Assembly: GCF_009914755.1 (NCBI RefSeq) | Contig: NC_060932.1 | Length of the DNA stretch: 64,000 bases | Reading direction: 5' to 3' (one strand) | Source of the DNA: the human T2T-CHM13v2.0 reference genome, Homo sapiens | Shown: positions 13,275 to 26,313 of the stretch, piece after piece | How positions within the stretch are numbered: position 1 is the stretch's first letter | How the letters are laid out: the number at the start of each line of letters is the position of its first letter | Position numbers and translations under genes: made by a program | The notes under the pieces: model-generated | Told to the model about the DNA's origin: nothing | Seen by the model: the letters and a program-made list of their open reading frames with translations, nothing else | The model's database searches: none

Positions 13275-13574
13275 GGCAGGGTTCGGTGGCTCACGACTGT
13301 AATCCCAGCACTTCTGGAGGCTGAGGCAGGTGGATCACTTGAGCTTAGGAGTTTGAGACCAGCCTGGGCAACATGGTGAAACCCTGTCTCTACAAAAAAA
13401 AATACAAAATTAGCCAGGTGTGGTGGTGCGCACCTGTAGTCCCAGCAACTGAAGGTGGAGACGGGAGGATTGCTTGAGCTTGGGAGGCGGAGGCTGCGGT
13501 GAGCCAAGTTGTGCCACAGCATTCCAGCCTGGGTGACAGGGTGAGACCCTGTCTCAAAAACAAAACAAAACAAA
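13275..13574 (+). mobile_element. AluJ-like
   Basis: Full Alu with (CAAAA)n tail. Confidence 0.9.
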
Positions 13575-13699
13575 ATACCTTAAATTTTAAAACTGTGGTG
13601 ATGATTGCACATATTTGTGAATATGCTAAAAGCTACTGAATCTTATACTTTTAAATCAACTGAATTGACATACAATAGAAAATAAAACAAAATAGCTAT

Positions 13700-15290
13700 C
13701 ATTTAAAATAGCATAAAATATCAAATGTTTGAAAATAAAAGACATGTAAGATATTATAGAGAAAATTATAAAATTGAAATACGTTAGAGATAACTGACAT
13801 GGGAGAAACACAATGTTAATAGATTAGAAAACTCAATAAAGAAGACAATTTTCCACAAATTAATATATAGATTCCATCAATCTCAATCAAAATTCTGATA
13901 GATTTGTTGGCAGACCTTGATAAGCTGATTCTAAAATTTCTATGACAGCAAAGGACCAGAAACAAAAAATTATTTTTAAAAAGATGAAGGATCAGTTATA
14001 TAGGTATTAGTATTTTTTCTCTCTCATACAAAGTCAGGTATTAGTATTTTTAATGAAGTTACAATAATTAAGGCAAGATGCTCATGGCAAAAGGATAGGC
14101 AAAGAGATGAATAGAGAGTCCAGTAAGAGATCCCTGCAGCACCTGCAGCCAACTGATATATTATAGAGGTGGTACTGCAGTATACATCAGTGGGAAAAAT
14201 GGATTCTCCAATAAACTGTACTGAGACAACTGGGTTAGCACATGTAAACTAAAATAAACTGGGACTTTAAAAGAATCCTATCGCACACCAAAGTCATTTC
14301 CAGGTAGATAAAACAAAAATGGGAAAACATACCCATAAAGTTTAAAAAAACAGAAAAATATCTTCAAGTCCTAGGAAAAGTATTCTTATGAAAGACACAT
14401 GTAGTAGTACTTAAAAAGACATATCTGACATTAAGAACCCCTGTTCATCAAAAAACATTTGACAAAAATGAGAATACGAAGACACAAACTCAGAGAAGAC
14501 ACTCGCAACACATACAACTGACCCAAGAGCCAATATCCAATATGTAAAAGAATTCCTACAAATCAGTAATGAAATAAAAATTAGCTCAATTAGAAAAAGC
14601 AGATGAAAGATGTGACCAGGAATTTCAGAAAAGTGGAAAACTAATGGCCAATACACCTATCAAAAAAGAACCTAACTTACTTAGCATTTGAGGAAAAGTA
14701 AAATACAAAAGCAATTAAATGCTGTACCTACTAGTGTAGCAAAAACACTGAAAAAGTCTGACAGCACTAAGTTTGGTGAGGATACAAAAATCCTCAACTT
14801 CATTAATTAGGGAAAAACAAGTTAAAACCACAATGAAATAACATATCACACTCATTAGACTGGCAGAAACAAAACTTTAAAAAAAAGCATAGTATGTGTT
14901 GACAAGAATATGGAGTGATTATGTAATCTAATGCAAACCACTTTGGAAAACCATTTGATGTTGTCTTTAAGTTGAACATTCCTGTTGTAAATACATATTC
15001 TATGGAAAAATTCTTGCACATATGCCATGAGACACTTTTATGAATATTTAAAATAGCAATGTTTGGAATAAGAAGAAGACTGGAAAGTGCCCAAACATCC
15101 TCAGTAGGATAGTGTACAGTGTGTCTACACAATGGAATACTCTTTCCATTTATCCAAGAAAATGAACAAACTACAGTTACACATATCAATAGGGAAGAAT
15201 CACACAAACCTAATACTGAGCAAAATACCTGCAGTATGATTCTAGATCTATAAAATGTAAAACAGGTAAAACACAACTATTTTACTTGGA
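13700..15290 (+). mobile_element. Highly degraded L1M ORF2/3' region
   Basis: A-rich; L1-like motifs (tgataagctgattctaaaatt, aaaccacaatgaaata, accactttggaaaac). Confidence 0.65.
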
Positions 15291-15300
15291 GATTCACTAC

Positions 15301-15600
15301 TTTTTTTATCTTTTTCTTTTTTTTTTTTTGTTTGTGACAAGGTCTCCCTCTGTCACCTAGGCTGGGCGCAGTGGTGTGATCCTGACTCACTGCAACCTCC
15401 ACCTCCTGGGTTCAAGTGATTCTCCTTCCTCAGCCACCTGTGTAGCTGGGATTACAGGCACACAACACCACACCTGGCTAACTTTTGTATTTTTACTAGA
15501 GACGGGGTTTTGCTATGTTGGCCAGGTTGGCCTCAAGTAATCCGCCCACTTCCGCCTCCCAAAGTGCTAGGATTACAGGTGTGAACCATTGTGTCCAGCC
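15301..15600 (-). mobile_element. Alu
   Basis: T tail plus both arms; 70 nt from the exon donor at 15670. Confidence 0.9.
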
Positions 15601-15670
15601 AGTAAATAATACTGAGAAATTTTAAGACCAGCACAAATATTAATCAAGTACAATCATATGTGTATCTTAC

Positions 15671-15833
15671 CAGCTCTCTTAGGAAATCCTGTTGAGAGGA
15701 ATCTCAAAGATGTCATAAGGCGTCCATTATCTACTTTTGAACCAAGAAATTTTACTGTTACTACAGCATATGGAAGACATTGCCTAGGTTTATCTACAGG
15801 CTTTGAAAGGACACTGTATTCATAGAAGTACAC
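15671..15833 (-). CDS. TEX15: TEX15 coding exon, 163 nt (VYFYEYSVLSKPVDKPRQCLPYAVVTVKFLGSKVDNGRLMTSLRFLSTGFPKRA); end of DUF3715
   Basis: ctttcag|GTG acceptor, GCTG|gtaaga donor; phase 0 in, phase 1 out; open frame. Confidence 0.95.
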
Positions 15834-16408
15834 CTGAAAGATGAAAACAGGTTCATGCTGATTAATTTTGGCAATCAGAGTTGAATAAGCTCATATTTTT
15901 AAAAAATCAATATAATTGCATATTATTTATATACTTCCATATAAACTTCTCCAGCTGCCTTGTTTAACCCTAATGTTTTTGAAGATGTACAGAATTCCTT
16001 TTTCTCCCCCACAATTTTTTTTTGATAGGCTACTAATGTCTGCAGAAAAAGGCACAATTCGTTTTTAAATAAAAAATATTTTTTCATTAAAAGCTAAATG
16101 TTTTGCATGAAGTTTCAACTACTCTATTTTATTTGGTAGAAAAAATTAGGAAAATAACAATAGGTAATCTGTTTTACATGTGGGTGCATGGATATACTTT
16201 CATTGGGAAGATTTATCTTCATTTAATCATAATATGATTATATATAATCCATATATAATTTAATATTCTGTATAAAATTAAAGGTCCACAGAATAAGTGA
16301 AATATGACAGATTACTGTTTCATCTGATGACTAATACATAAGCCTTTTCTTTTTCCTACTTTTGCAAAGTATAGAAGATCAAAATCTTGTTTCAAAATAG
16401 CCTTGTTT

Positions 16409-16628
16409 TTTAAAATTAATATTATTTATGATTGATAAATCTTAACTATATATATTTGTGGGGCACAATGTGGTGTTTTGATATATGTATACAATGAGGA
16501 GTAATTAAATCAAGGTAATTAACATGTCCATCACCTCACCCATCACTTTTTATGGTGAGACATTGGAAATTTACTCTCAGCAATTCTGAAATAATGCATT
16601 ATTATTAAGTATGGTCACCCTGCTGTGC
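16409..16628 (-). mobile_element. L1MA-type 3' end fragment
   Basis: L1MA 3'UTR-like sequence; flanking direct repeat agccttgttt. Confidence 0.65.
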
Positions 16629-16913
16629 AGCCTTGTTTAAATGAGAAGTTGGTATATTTTGAAAGTTAGTAATTAATCTATATAATATCTAAATAAAAGA
16701 AGCCACTGTACTTTGAACTGAGTTAAATGTAATTTTTCAAACTTCTTCACTAATATTCCATACAACAAATATTAAAATAGCTTTCACTGTTTGCTTAAGA
16801 TATTATATTGAACGAATTAAGAGATTTTCATTTAACATTTTGGGAATTTAAGTCTTAAAACATACAATGTGAAACATGTACTTTTCAAGAAATCAAATGA
16901 ACCATTAACATAC

Positions 16914-17060
16914 TGCTGAACTGTAGGCTTGCAGTTCAATGGTATCTTTCAAAGAAGGTGCATTTCTTGACATATGGCAATCAAAGTTAGGAGAAGGATC
17001 CAAAGAAACTTTATTTTTATCCACAGAAGGTTGGATTTTCTTCACTTTTCCAAAGAGAAC
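16914..17060 (-). CDS. TEX15: TEX15 coding exon, 147 nt (VLFGKVKKIQPSVDKNKVSLDPSPNFDCHMSRNAPSLKDTIELQAYSSA)
   Basis: poly-T...tag|GTT acceptor, GCA|gtatgt donor; symmetric phase 0-0. Confidence 0.95.
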
Positions 17061-17149
17061 CTAAAAAAAAAAAAGCCAAAAAAAAAGTACGTAAAAATAT
17101 ACCAAAACGTTTCTAAACTGTCACATTTCAAACATAAAAGGCTAACATT

Positions 17150-17415
17150 GCTTTGTTTTTCTGAGACAGGGTCTCACTCTGTTCAGTCCAGGCTGGAGTT
17201 GCAGGCTCGACCTCTCAGGCTGAAGCGATCCTCCCACCTCGGCCCCGTTGAGTAGCTGGGACTACAGGTAAGCACCACCGTGCCCAGCTAATTTTTGTAG
17301 GAACCAGGTTTCACCATGTTGCCCAAGCTGGTCATGAACTCCTGGGTCAAGCAATTCTCCTGCCTTGGCCTCCCAAAGCACTGGGATTATAGGCATGAGC
17401 CACCGTGCCAGGCCC
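17150..17415 (-). mobile_element. AluJ-like
   Basis: Diverged antisense Alu. Confidence 0.88.
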
Positions 17416-17566
17416 TGATTTTTTTTTTTAAGAAGTAGAAATATGAATGGAAAGATAATCCATTTTCTAGATGAATGGGATGACTCAACATGGCAATTAT
17501 GTCAATTCTCCCCCAAATTAAACTCTAAGATTAGAGTAATACCAATTAAAATTTCAGAGAATCTAC

Positions 17567-17853
17567 TTTTTTTTTTTTTTTTTTTGAGACAGAGTCTCAC
17601 TCTGTCACCCAGGCTGGAGTGCAGTGGTGTGATCTTGGTTCACTGCAGCCTCCGCCTCTTGGGCTCCACGATTCTCCTGCCTCAGTCTCCTGAATGGCTG
17701 GGATTACATGCCCAGCTAATTTTTGTATTTTTAGTAGAGATGGGGTTTTGCCATGTTGGCCAGGCTGGGCTCGAATTCCTGACCTCAGGTGATCTGCCCA
17801 CCTCGGCTTCCGAAAAGCGTTGGGATTACAGGCGTGAGCCACCGCGCCCAGCC
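17567..17853 (-). mobile_element. AluS
   Basis: T tail; TSD gagaatctactttt. Confidence 0.92.
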
Positions 17854-19937
17854 GAGAATCTACTTTTAAAAATGGGGTTTAATTTTAAAATGTACTTGGA
17901 AGACAAACACGAATAGCTCAGAATTTTTTTTTTTTAAGTCTGGGTTAGCAATTGACAATGATGGAACAGGACAAGTGACTTGCAATTACACATATAAAAA
18001 CATTTTTAAAAAGGATGGTACTACCACAAGAAAAAGCAGAGAAAAGACCAAAATGAACAAAAAAAAGAATGAAAGAAAAAGCCTGGAGTAAGCTCCAACA
18101 TGTATTAAAAATACTAAAAATACAGTATATTAAAGATACCGTTTGAAATAAAGAAGTGATTATTCAATTAATGATGTGAGACAACAGAAAAAATTAAATT
18201 CTTTTCTTAACATGTTAAATATTTAAGTATTAAAAACACAATGAAAATACTGTAGAAAGAAACATAGGCCAATATTTATTCAATCTCAAAGTGACAACTG
18301 TTTTCTAAGAATATGTGCCAATAAAATGAAACAAAAACATATAAACTTCACAACATAATATTCTAAAATTTCTGCCCATAAACAACAAATGATTTAAAAA
18401 CTAAAACCATGAACATAAATGACGGTATTTTATTACTGTTATTTTAAATAGATTAGTACGTTCATTCAACAATCAAAACAATACTAAGAATAAAGTGGTA
18501 TCCTGAATTGGATCCTGGAATGCAAACAAACATGAGTAGAAAAATTAGCAAAAGCCAAATAAAGTCTGTAATGTAGTTAATGGTGTGACAATGTTAGTTT
18601 CTTAGTTTTGACAATCATGCCATATTTATGTAAAATGTTAACATCAGAAGAAGCTGGGTGCATTATATATAAGAGCTCTCTTTATTATCTTTGTGACTTT
18701 TCTATAAATCTAACATTATTCTAAGCTAAAAAGTTTACTAAAAAATTAAAAACGTGAAATGATAAAACATTATACAGAGAGAAGCCTAGCTCTTAAAATA
18801 TGCTTTAGTCAATAGATAATGCTCACCAGTCAACGCAGAAAAAGGGAAAAAATCCCCCCAAACTGTCAAGGAATATAAATAAGTAATTCACTAAATACAG
18901 TCAGTAAATATATTCAACAGAAACTTTAAACTCAGGAGTAATCATAATGAAGAAAAAATTAAACCACACATTAGACTGGCAAAAGTTTTTTTTAAAGTTC
19001 AGTATAATATATAGGTTTACTGAGGTTGTGAGATAACAGGCATTCTTACACACTGTGGATGGAAATGTCAATTAGTGCAATCTTTCTCAGGACAGTTGAG
19101 CATTACACAATCAAAAGATGTAAAAATGTACATACTTTTGATTTCTAATTTGACACCTAGGAATAAACCAATTAATTCTTAGCAAAGAATCATTCGTGTG
19201 TGTAAAATGTACCTAAAAGGATAATCTACATAGCATTTAGGAGTGTAAAAACAAAACAAACTAAAAACCAAATAACTTATATCCTAACATTACAGAATTT
19301 GTTGGGCAAATATGGCAGGTCTACAGTGTAATATTATGCAGCTGCTCAAAAGGATATTACAAAATAATATTTAAGGGCTTGGAAAATGTTTATTTTATAA
19401 TCAGTGAAAAAAGCAAGTAATATACAAAGCAACAACATACTTTAATTACAATTATACCTGCATGTCTATATACATGAATAGATGACTAATACACATACAC
19501 AAAAAACTCTGTGGTTACTGCTGGGCTTTTTGGACTTTTTACTACATTCCAAATTTTCTAAAATCCTTATCTATTACTTTTTAATATAAAAGTAAATTAT
19601 GCTTAATTTGATATTTGAGGTCAAAAAAATTGTAAGGAGTTATGCCACATGAACCACTGATTTTCTGTAGCTATACACACAATCCCAAGCTGTTTTCATG
19701 CAAATCAGGATACCTACTGTGATTTTAATAGTCCTGGCAAAGCTTAACCAGAGTAAATCTTTTTTTTTCTTTTCTTCCCCACTTAGATTTCTCTTTATGT
19801 TTATTTCTCCAAGAAAAATGACCAGAATAAATCTTAACCAATTTATCTGTGGATGCCTGCGATTCTGCTATGAGACTTTTTAAGATTTTGAATACCTTTT
19901 AGAATTTCAGAAAAGTTGTAAAAATAGTTCAGAGGTC

Positions 19938-22900
19938 AATTGGGAAGGTGGTGGAGTAGGAGGTACCAGACATCTGTCTCCCCACCTAGACAATAACTGC
20001 ACTGGCAAAATCTGTCTGGTGTAACTATTTTGGATCTCTGGAACCTACTGAAGGCTTGCAACTTTCAGGGGAACGCTTGAATAGCATACAGGTTGAATAT
20101 CCCTTATCCAAAATGCTTAAAACCAGAATGTTTCAGATTTTGAATTTTTTCAAATTTCAGAATATTTGTATTATACTTACCAGTTGATCATCCCTAATAA
20201 GGAAATCTGAAACCCTAAATGCTCCAATTAGTATTTCCTTTGAGTGTAATGTTGGCACTCAGAAAATCTCAAATTTTGGGGCATTTCAGATTTCAAATTT
20301 TTGGATTAGGGATGCTAAACCTGTATTATGGTTAATTTCAGTCAATTTCAGTTCTTAGCACAGTGGCAGCCACCCTTTGTGCCCCATGACAGGCAGCTGT
20401 ACAGTGTTCCTGGAGCAGCTTGTACATGTGTTCTTGGCCACAATTTTTGTGGGCCAGAGTGGGCAATAATAAACATATGGTATATGTATTCTCATCACTG
20501 AGTGCTGCTTCTATTAATAACAGAGTGGCAACTAGAAGTGGCAGGCATTGCTGCATCAATACCATTGTTGCAAGCCCCTCCTTGCCTGGCTGAAATGACA
20601 CCCAGGGGATTAAAGAGCCAGTGCCTTTTTTCCCTTCTTCATTTTTTTCTTTTCCCCTATTTTGCAGCCAGACATAAAAAAAAAATACTACTCAAAAGCA
20701 ACTACAGATACAGGAGAAATTAGAAAATCAGCACACAGAGGGAAAAGTGCAGGCTCAGAAAAGGCTGAGAAGTTTATACAGCAGGTTGATCCTTGGCACA
20801 GAGACAGCCTACAACAATCAAAAAACAGAAACACAAAACCACAACCAAACCCTGGGAGGAGATGATTTCCAGAGTTACCACATTATTAGATGAAATGTCC
20901 AGTTTTCAACAAAAAATATCACCAGGCATGTAAAGAAACAGAAAATTAGAGCCCATTCAAAGGAAAAAAAAACAGAAATTGTCCCTGAAAAAGACCTGAT
21001 GGCTGATCTACTAGACAAAGACTTTAAAATAACTGTCTTAAAGATGCTCAAAGAGCTAAGTATGTGGAGATAGTAAAAAAACAATGTATGAACAAAATGG
21101 AAATATCAATAAAGAGAAAACTTAAAAACCAAAAAGAAATCCAATAGCTGAAAAGTACAGTAACTAAAATGAACAGCTCTCTAGAGGGGTTCAAAGGCAG
21201 ATATGAGCAGGCAAAGGAGAGAATAAGTGATCTTAAAGATTGGAAAACGAAAATTATTGAGGCTGAGGAACAGAGAGAAAAAAGACTAAAAAAAAAAAAA
21301 AAGTGAACAGACCCTAAGGGACCTGTGGGGCACCATCAAGCGTAAGAACATATATGCTGTGGGAGTCTGAGGACAGAGAGAAAATGGGCAGAGAGAACAT
21401 TTGAAGAAATGAAGGCTGAAAACTTCCCAAATCTGATGAAAGACATATATATAAACATCTAAAAAATAGGTAGGAGGATCGCTAGAGCCTGGGAGTTTGA
21501 AGCTATGTCCTCAGGGAAAAAAAGAAAAAAAAAGAAAAGAAAAGAAAAAGGTTTTACTGTAGCCAGCAAACTATCCTTCAGAAATGAAGAAGAAATAGGA
21601 GGGATAATTTCCCAGACCAGAAAAAAAAAAAAAAAAAAAGGCTGAAAGAATTTATTGTTACCAGACTTGTCCTACAAGAGATACTAAAAGGAGTTGTTCA
21701 AAACCAAAAGGATGCTAATATGATACTGTAACCATGGTGTATAAACCATCTTTTTTAAGAAGACAAAATGAAAAAACTTAACCACAATTTTTAAGAGACA
21801 AGCAATATACATAATATAAATTGTGGGATTATCAAAAATTCAAAATGTGGGAAGAAAAGAAAATTGGTGTGTATAGGTTTTTTTCTTTGCAATTAAAGTT
21901 AAACTGTATCAGTTTTAAATAACTTGTTTTAACTACAAAATGTGTTTTGTAAGCCTTAGGGTAACCAAAAAGCAGAAATACTAAAATTAAAAAGCAATGA
22001 ATTAAAACATACTACCAGAGAAAATCAACCACAAAGGAAGACTTTGTTTTTAAAAAAACAAAATATACAAACTGTTACTTAGACTAAGAAAATAAGACAG
22101 AAGACCCAAATAAATAAAATCAGAAACTAAAAGGAAACATTATAACTGAAACCACAGAAATACAAAGGATTGTTAGAGACTAGTATGATAACTATACAGC
22201 AATAAATTGGAAAACCCAAAAGAAATAGATACATCCCTGGACATCCAACCTATTGAGACTGAACCATGAAGAAAAAGAAAACTTGAATAGATAAATAATG
22301 AGTGACAAGATCAAAACAGTAATAAAGTCTTCAGACAAAGAAAAGCCCAGGTCCTGATGGCTTCACCACTAAATTCTAACCAACATTAAAGAATAATACC
22401 AATTCTAATCAAACTATTCAAAAAAATTGAAGGGGAGGAGATACTTCCAAACTCATTCCACAAGGCCAGTATTACCTTGATGCCAAAACCAAAGACAACG
22501 AAAGAAGCTATGGGCCAATACCCCTGATGAACAGAGATGTAAAAATCCTCAACAAAAGATTAGCAAACTGAAATCAACAGCATATTAAAAATATCATTCA
22601 TCATGACCAAGTGGGATTCATACCAGCGATGCAAGGATGGTTCAACTTATACAAATCAATAAACGTGATAGATCACATCAAGAAAATCAAAAACAAAAAA
22701 ACCATATTATCATTTCATTAGATGCTGAAAAAGCAATAAAACCAAACATTCCTTCACAAAAAGTCTCAACAAATTGGGTACAGAAGGAATATACCTCAAA
22801 ACAATAAAACTCATATATGACAAACCTACAGCTAATATCATACTGAATGGGGAAAAATTGAAAGCCTTTTTACAAGGATCTTGAAGACAAGGATGCTCAC

Positions 22901-23200
22901 TTTAACCATTTCTATTCAATGTAGTTCTAGAAGTACTAGCCAGAGCAATCAGGCAAGTGAAAGAAATGAAGTGCATCAAAATGGGAAAGGAAGAAGTCAA
23001 ATTATCCTTGTTTGTAGATGACATGATCTTATATTTAGGAAAACCTAGTGTCATTAAAAAAACCCTCTTAGAACTGATAAATTCAGTAAAGTTGCAGGAT
23101 ACAAAATCAACAAACACTCATCAGTAGTATTTCTATATGATAATAGTTATTGATCTGAAAAGGAAATCAGGAAATCAATCTCATTTACAACAGTTGCAAA
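19938..23200 (+). mobile_element. Old L1 (5'UTR, ORF1 and ORF2 remnants), possibly composite
   Basis: L1M-like 5' region; ORF1-like aaggctgaaaacttcccaaatctgatgaaagac; RT-like region gaccaagtgggattcat...tttgtagatgacatgatc. Confidence 0.8.
20089..20323. mobile_element. Tigger4a/MER46-like MITE
   Basis: TIRs caggttgaatatccct / agggatgctaaacctg; TA TSD. Confidence 0.82.
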
Positions 23201-23260
23201 TGCTGCACTCTGAGCTTGCACCACTGAACTCCAGCCTGGGTGACAGAGTGCGACTGTCGC

Positions 23261-23408
23261 AAAAAAAGGAAAGGAAAATGGAAGGGAGAAAGGGAGAAAA
23301 AAGGAGAAAAGGCAGAAAGGACAAAAAGGGAGAAAGGGGAAAGGGGAAAGGAGAAAGGAGAAAGGGGAAGAGGAAGGGGAAGGGGAAGGGGAAGGGAAGG
23401 AAAGGAAC
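23261..23408 (+). repeat. Polypurine (GA-rich, (GGGGAA)n) tract derived from the tail of an Alu fragment
   Basis: Follows ctccagcctgggtgacagagtgcgactgtc; almost entirely A/G. Confidence 0.9.
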
Positions 23409-24266
23409 ACTTACCACTGGATATTTGGAAAACCCTAACTTGGAAAACTAGAAAGTACAGAAAACTATATTGTCATGATCCAAAGATCATCACTCATAAC
23501 AACTAAGCACACTTTATATCATCTTGATATCTCATTTTTTAAAAATTTAAAAAGTTAAACATGATTGCATAAGCATTTTCCCATATCTTTAAAAATTCTC
23601 CATAAATCTAACTGCAATGGATACTTCTTATTCCAGAGACATAATATATGATACTTTCATAATACACTATTGCTGGACATTTACATGGTGGCTATTTTCT
23701 TCTATAAACAAGGCTTTGACACACACATACACACACACACACACACGCATGCACAAAATAGTTCAAAGGTCCCATATACCCTGTGCCCAGCTTTTCTTAA
23801 CGTTAACATCTTACATAACCATAGCAAAATCACCAAAATTAAGAATTTAACATTGATACAATACTATTAACTAAAATAAACTGCAGGAGTTTAAAAATAA
23901 CTAGCTTAAACCAAAATTAATATAATGCTTTAGGGGAGGGTATGTAAAACACTATAGTACTTATTATGATAGAAACAAAAAGAGTAAAAGAGAGGTGGGT
24001 AAATCAGAACAAAAAAATATACATATTGGGAAGACAAAGATGAAGGCTGCCTTTGCTTTTTTTTTTTTTTGCTTTGTGTTGCACACCCAGGTAAAGAGGA
24101 AAGGAGAAAATTTTGAATAATGATGACAAAAATAATAAATATAATTATTACTTATTTAATAGACTGCAGTTTAAAAACATTAACAATTTATATCGAAAGG
24201 ATAATATGTTCAGGTCAATTCAAAGCAAACTGTCCATATACTTAATATTTGTTTTATGATACCTAC

Positions 24267-24504
24267 CTTAAAAATTAAAATACTTTCTACAGTAATGCTT
24301 TGACTATGAGAATAATTCAAGGCAATATCAACATGTCTAAACATATAAATTCCAAGAAGAGGATTTCCTAGTATCTTCAATGTAGATGCTCTGGTACTTA
24401 TTCCATTCTGATATATCTGGGCTACATCACTCTGGGGAAGTGCTAAAAAGCAGAACTGTTCTTCAAGTTCCCTGCAATGTCTTCCACTTTCACGCATCTC
24501 TGAC
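24267..24504 (-). CDS. TEX15: TEX15 coding exon, 238 nt (SEMRESGRHCRELEEQFCFLAL...ILGNPLLGIYMFRHVD...ESILIFK)
   Basis: tactttag|G acceptor, AAG|gtaggt donor; phase 2 in, phase 0 out; lies inside track ORF 24210..24578. Confidence 0.95.
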
Positions 24505-26313
24505 CTAAAGTAAAACAAACAATGTATACAGTTAAAGATAAATATCAACAAAATTTTCAAGAAGATACATATTTCCACTTACCACAGTTAGAAAGCAAGA
24601 GAAGTAGCGATATTCAGAGGTATTACTACACTGTGATGATAAATTTGGTTGAAAATCATCTTAGGAACAAATTCAGGATTACTTAGCCAAGATTTATGAA
24701 CATTATCATCATTCCTGGTCTAAAATAACAGGGGCTAACATTTCTTAAATGCTGCTAATGTAACCAGTACAAGTCTTAAGCATTACATGCATCTTCTCAT
24801 TTCATTCTCAACTTCCCAAGAAGTTTTTATAGTTTATTTTGTTGCTATCGACATTTTTAAAATGAGGAAAATGAGGTTCAGAAAGTTAAATCTTGCCGAA
24901 GTAGGAAAATGACAGAGTTGGAATTATACACGCCAATTCTTGTCTGTCAGGTTCCAGAGCTCACATTTTTTGTTAATTGTGTTATGGAGGGAAAAACATG
25001 CATTTTCTAAACAAAGTATCTTGTCTATATCTACGTATCTCTACACATCTATAGACACAAAAGCGCACACACATGCACAAATATATCAATTATTAGGGAC
25101 ATTCTCCATTCTTCAGGGATTTAGGTAACAGCTGGGAGAAACAAGCTAATATTTGATTACAGGATCTTATCTTAGGTAAAGAAAATTAGGAATCAACCTC
25201 AAAAAGATTATAATCTGAAGTATAGATAATCCCCAATTCTATTACTTCCATTACAAAACCCATTTAAACATATAAAATATATATCCCTTCCCTAAAATTG
25301 GCAGATTAGATATTCTATATGGCTTGCTCAGGAGTAGTGGCAGCAGAAATTGCCACATCAGGTGGTACAATAGAGTGGTTCAGACACTAGGGTCCAAATG
25401 ATTATCTGCAATGGAGAACCTACAGAACCCAGCAAAGGAATGTATATACCACAAAAAGAAAATTGTTCTTGAGAACCACATGCTTCCGAGATTTATTTCC
25501 TGGAACACCACTTATAGAATGTGTTTGAAGTATACCATGCACATAAGTATATTAATACTTATTTTCAAGAATGACTCATCATTAACAGTAGGCAGGACCA
25601 CAAAAGCAAGACTGACTGATTAGATAATGATCACTTCTATTTCCTAGAAATGTCAGCCTTAACTTTTGGCTCCACAAATTGGCATTTCCTGCTCTTGATT
25701 TCAACTTGACATCAGATTCCGTGAACCACTAAGATCACTGTCTAAGATTCTTACACTATACATAAAAGTAACATTTGAAGGTACACAGAATAAATTAAAG
25801 ATGTATAATGTAAACCCTACAGCAGGGTTTTTCCACAGTGGCACCAGGGATATTTTGGGCTAAATTCTTTTTTTTTTTTTTTTAACCTGGTCATCTTCCT
25901 GACTACCATTATATCATCACAAGGGTTTCAGTGGAATGAAACAAATATAACAATAAAAATCTAATCCGGGGCTCAAAATCCTCTGTAAATTGAAGTAGAA
26001 AATACTCCCTGGAGTTTTGTATTGGTAATTATACTACTAATACTTTTTATTTTTCAGTATGTCTTCAGAACTATATTTGAAAAAAAAATGGGCCTAAATA
26101 TGTTAGTAAAAAAATGACCTATAAAAAAGTTAGTTTTTGATCTATTTCTGGCTCTAAAAATTGCATAAAAGGTTGGCTTTCCAAATTTATTCAGACGACA
26201 GGATCTAAATCACGATTTTAAATGACAGACACTCTGAGTCTCAAGACTTCCATTTCAGAAACAATAGGTAAAACGAGCCTAAAGACTCTTTTCTGTACAC
26301 AGTAACATGTAAT

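Noticed and set aside
14002-14051. 16-bp direct repeat aggtattagtattttt around an 18-bp spacer
   Set aside because: Too short to assign; probably a micro-duplication or tiny insertion within old L1
19938-23200. Potentially active L1
   Set aside because: Numerous stops and deletions; no long ORF1 or ORF2
23137-23506. K/G/R-rich and F/P/S-rich ORFs
   Set aside because: Products of the stop-free polypurine tract
24210-24578. Track ORF as a stand-alone 122-aa gene
   Set aside because: Only 24504-24267 is exon; the start and tail are intronic read-through beyond the splice sites
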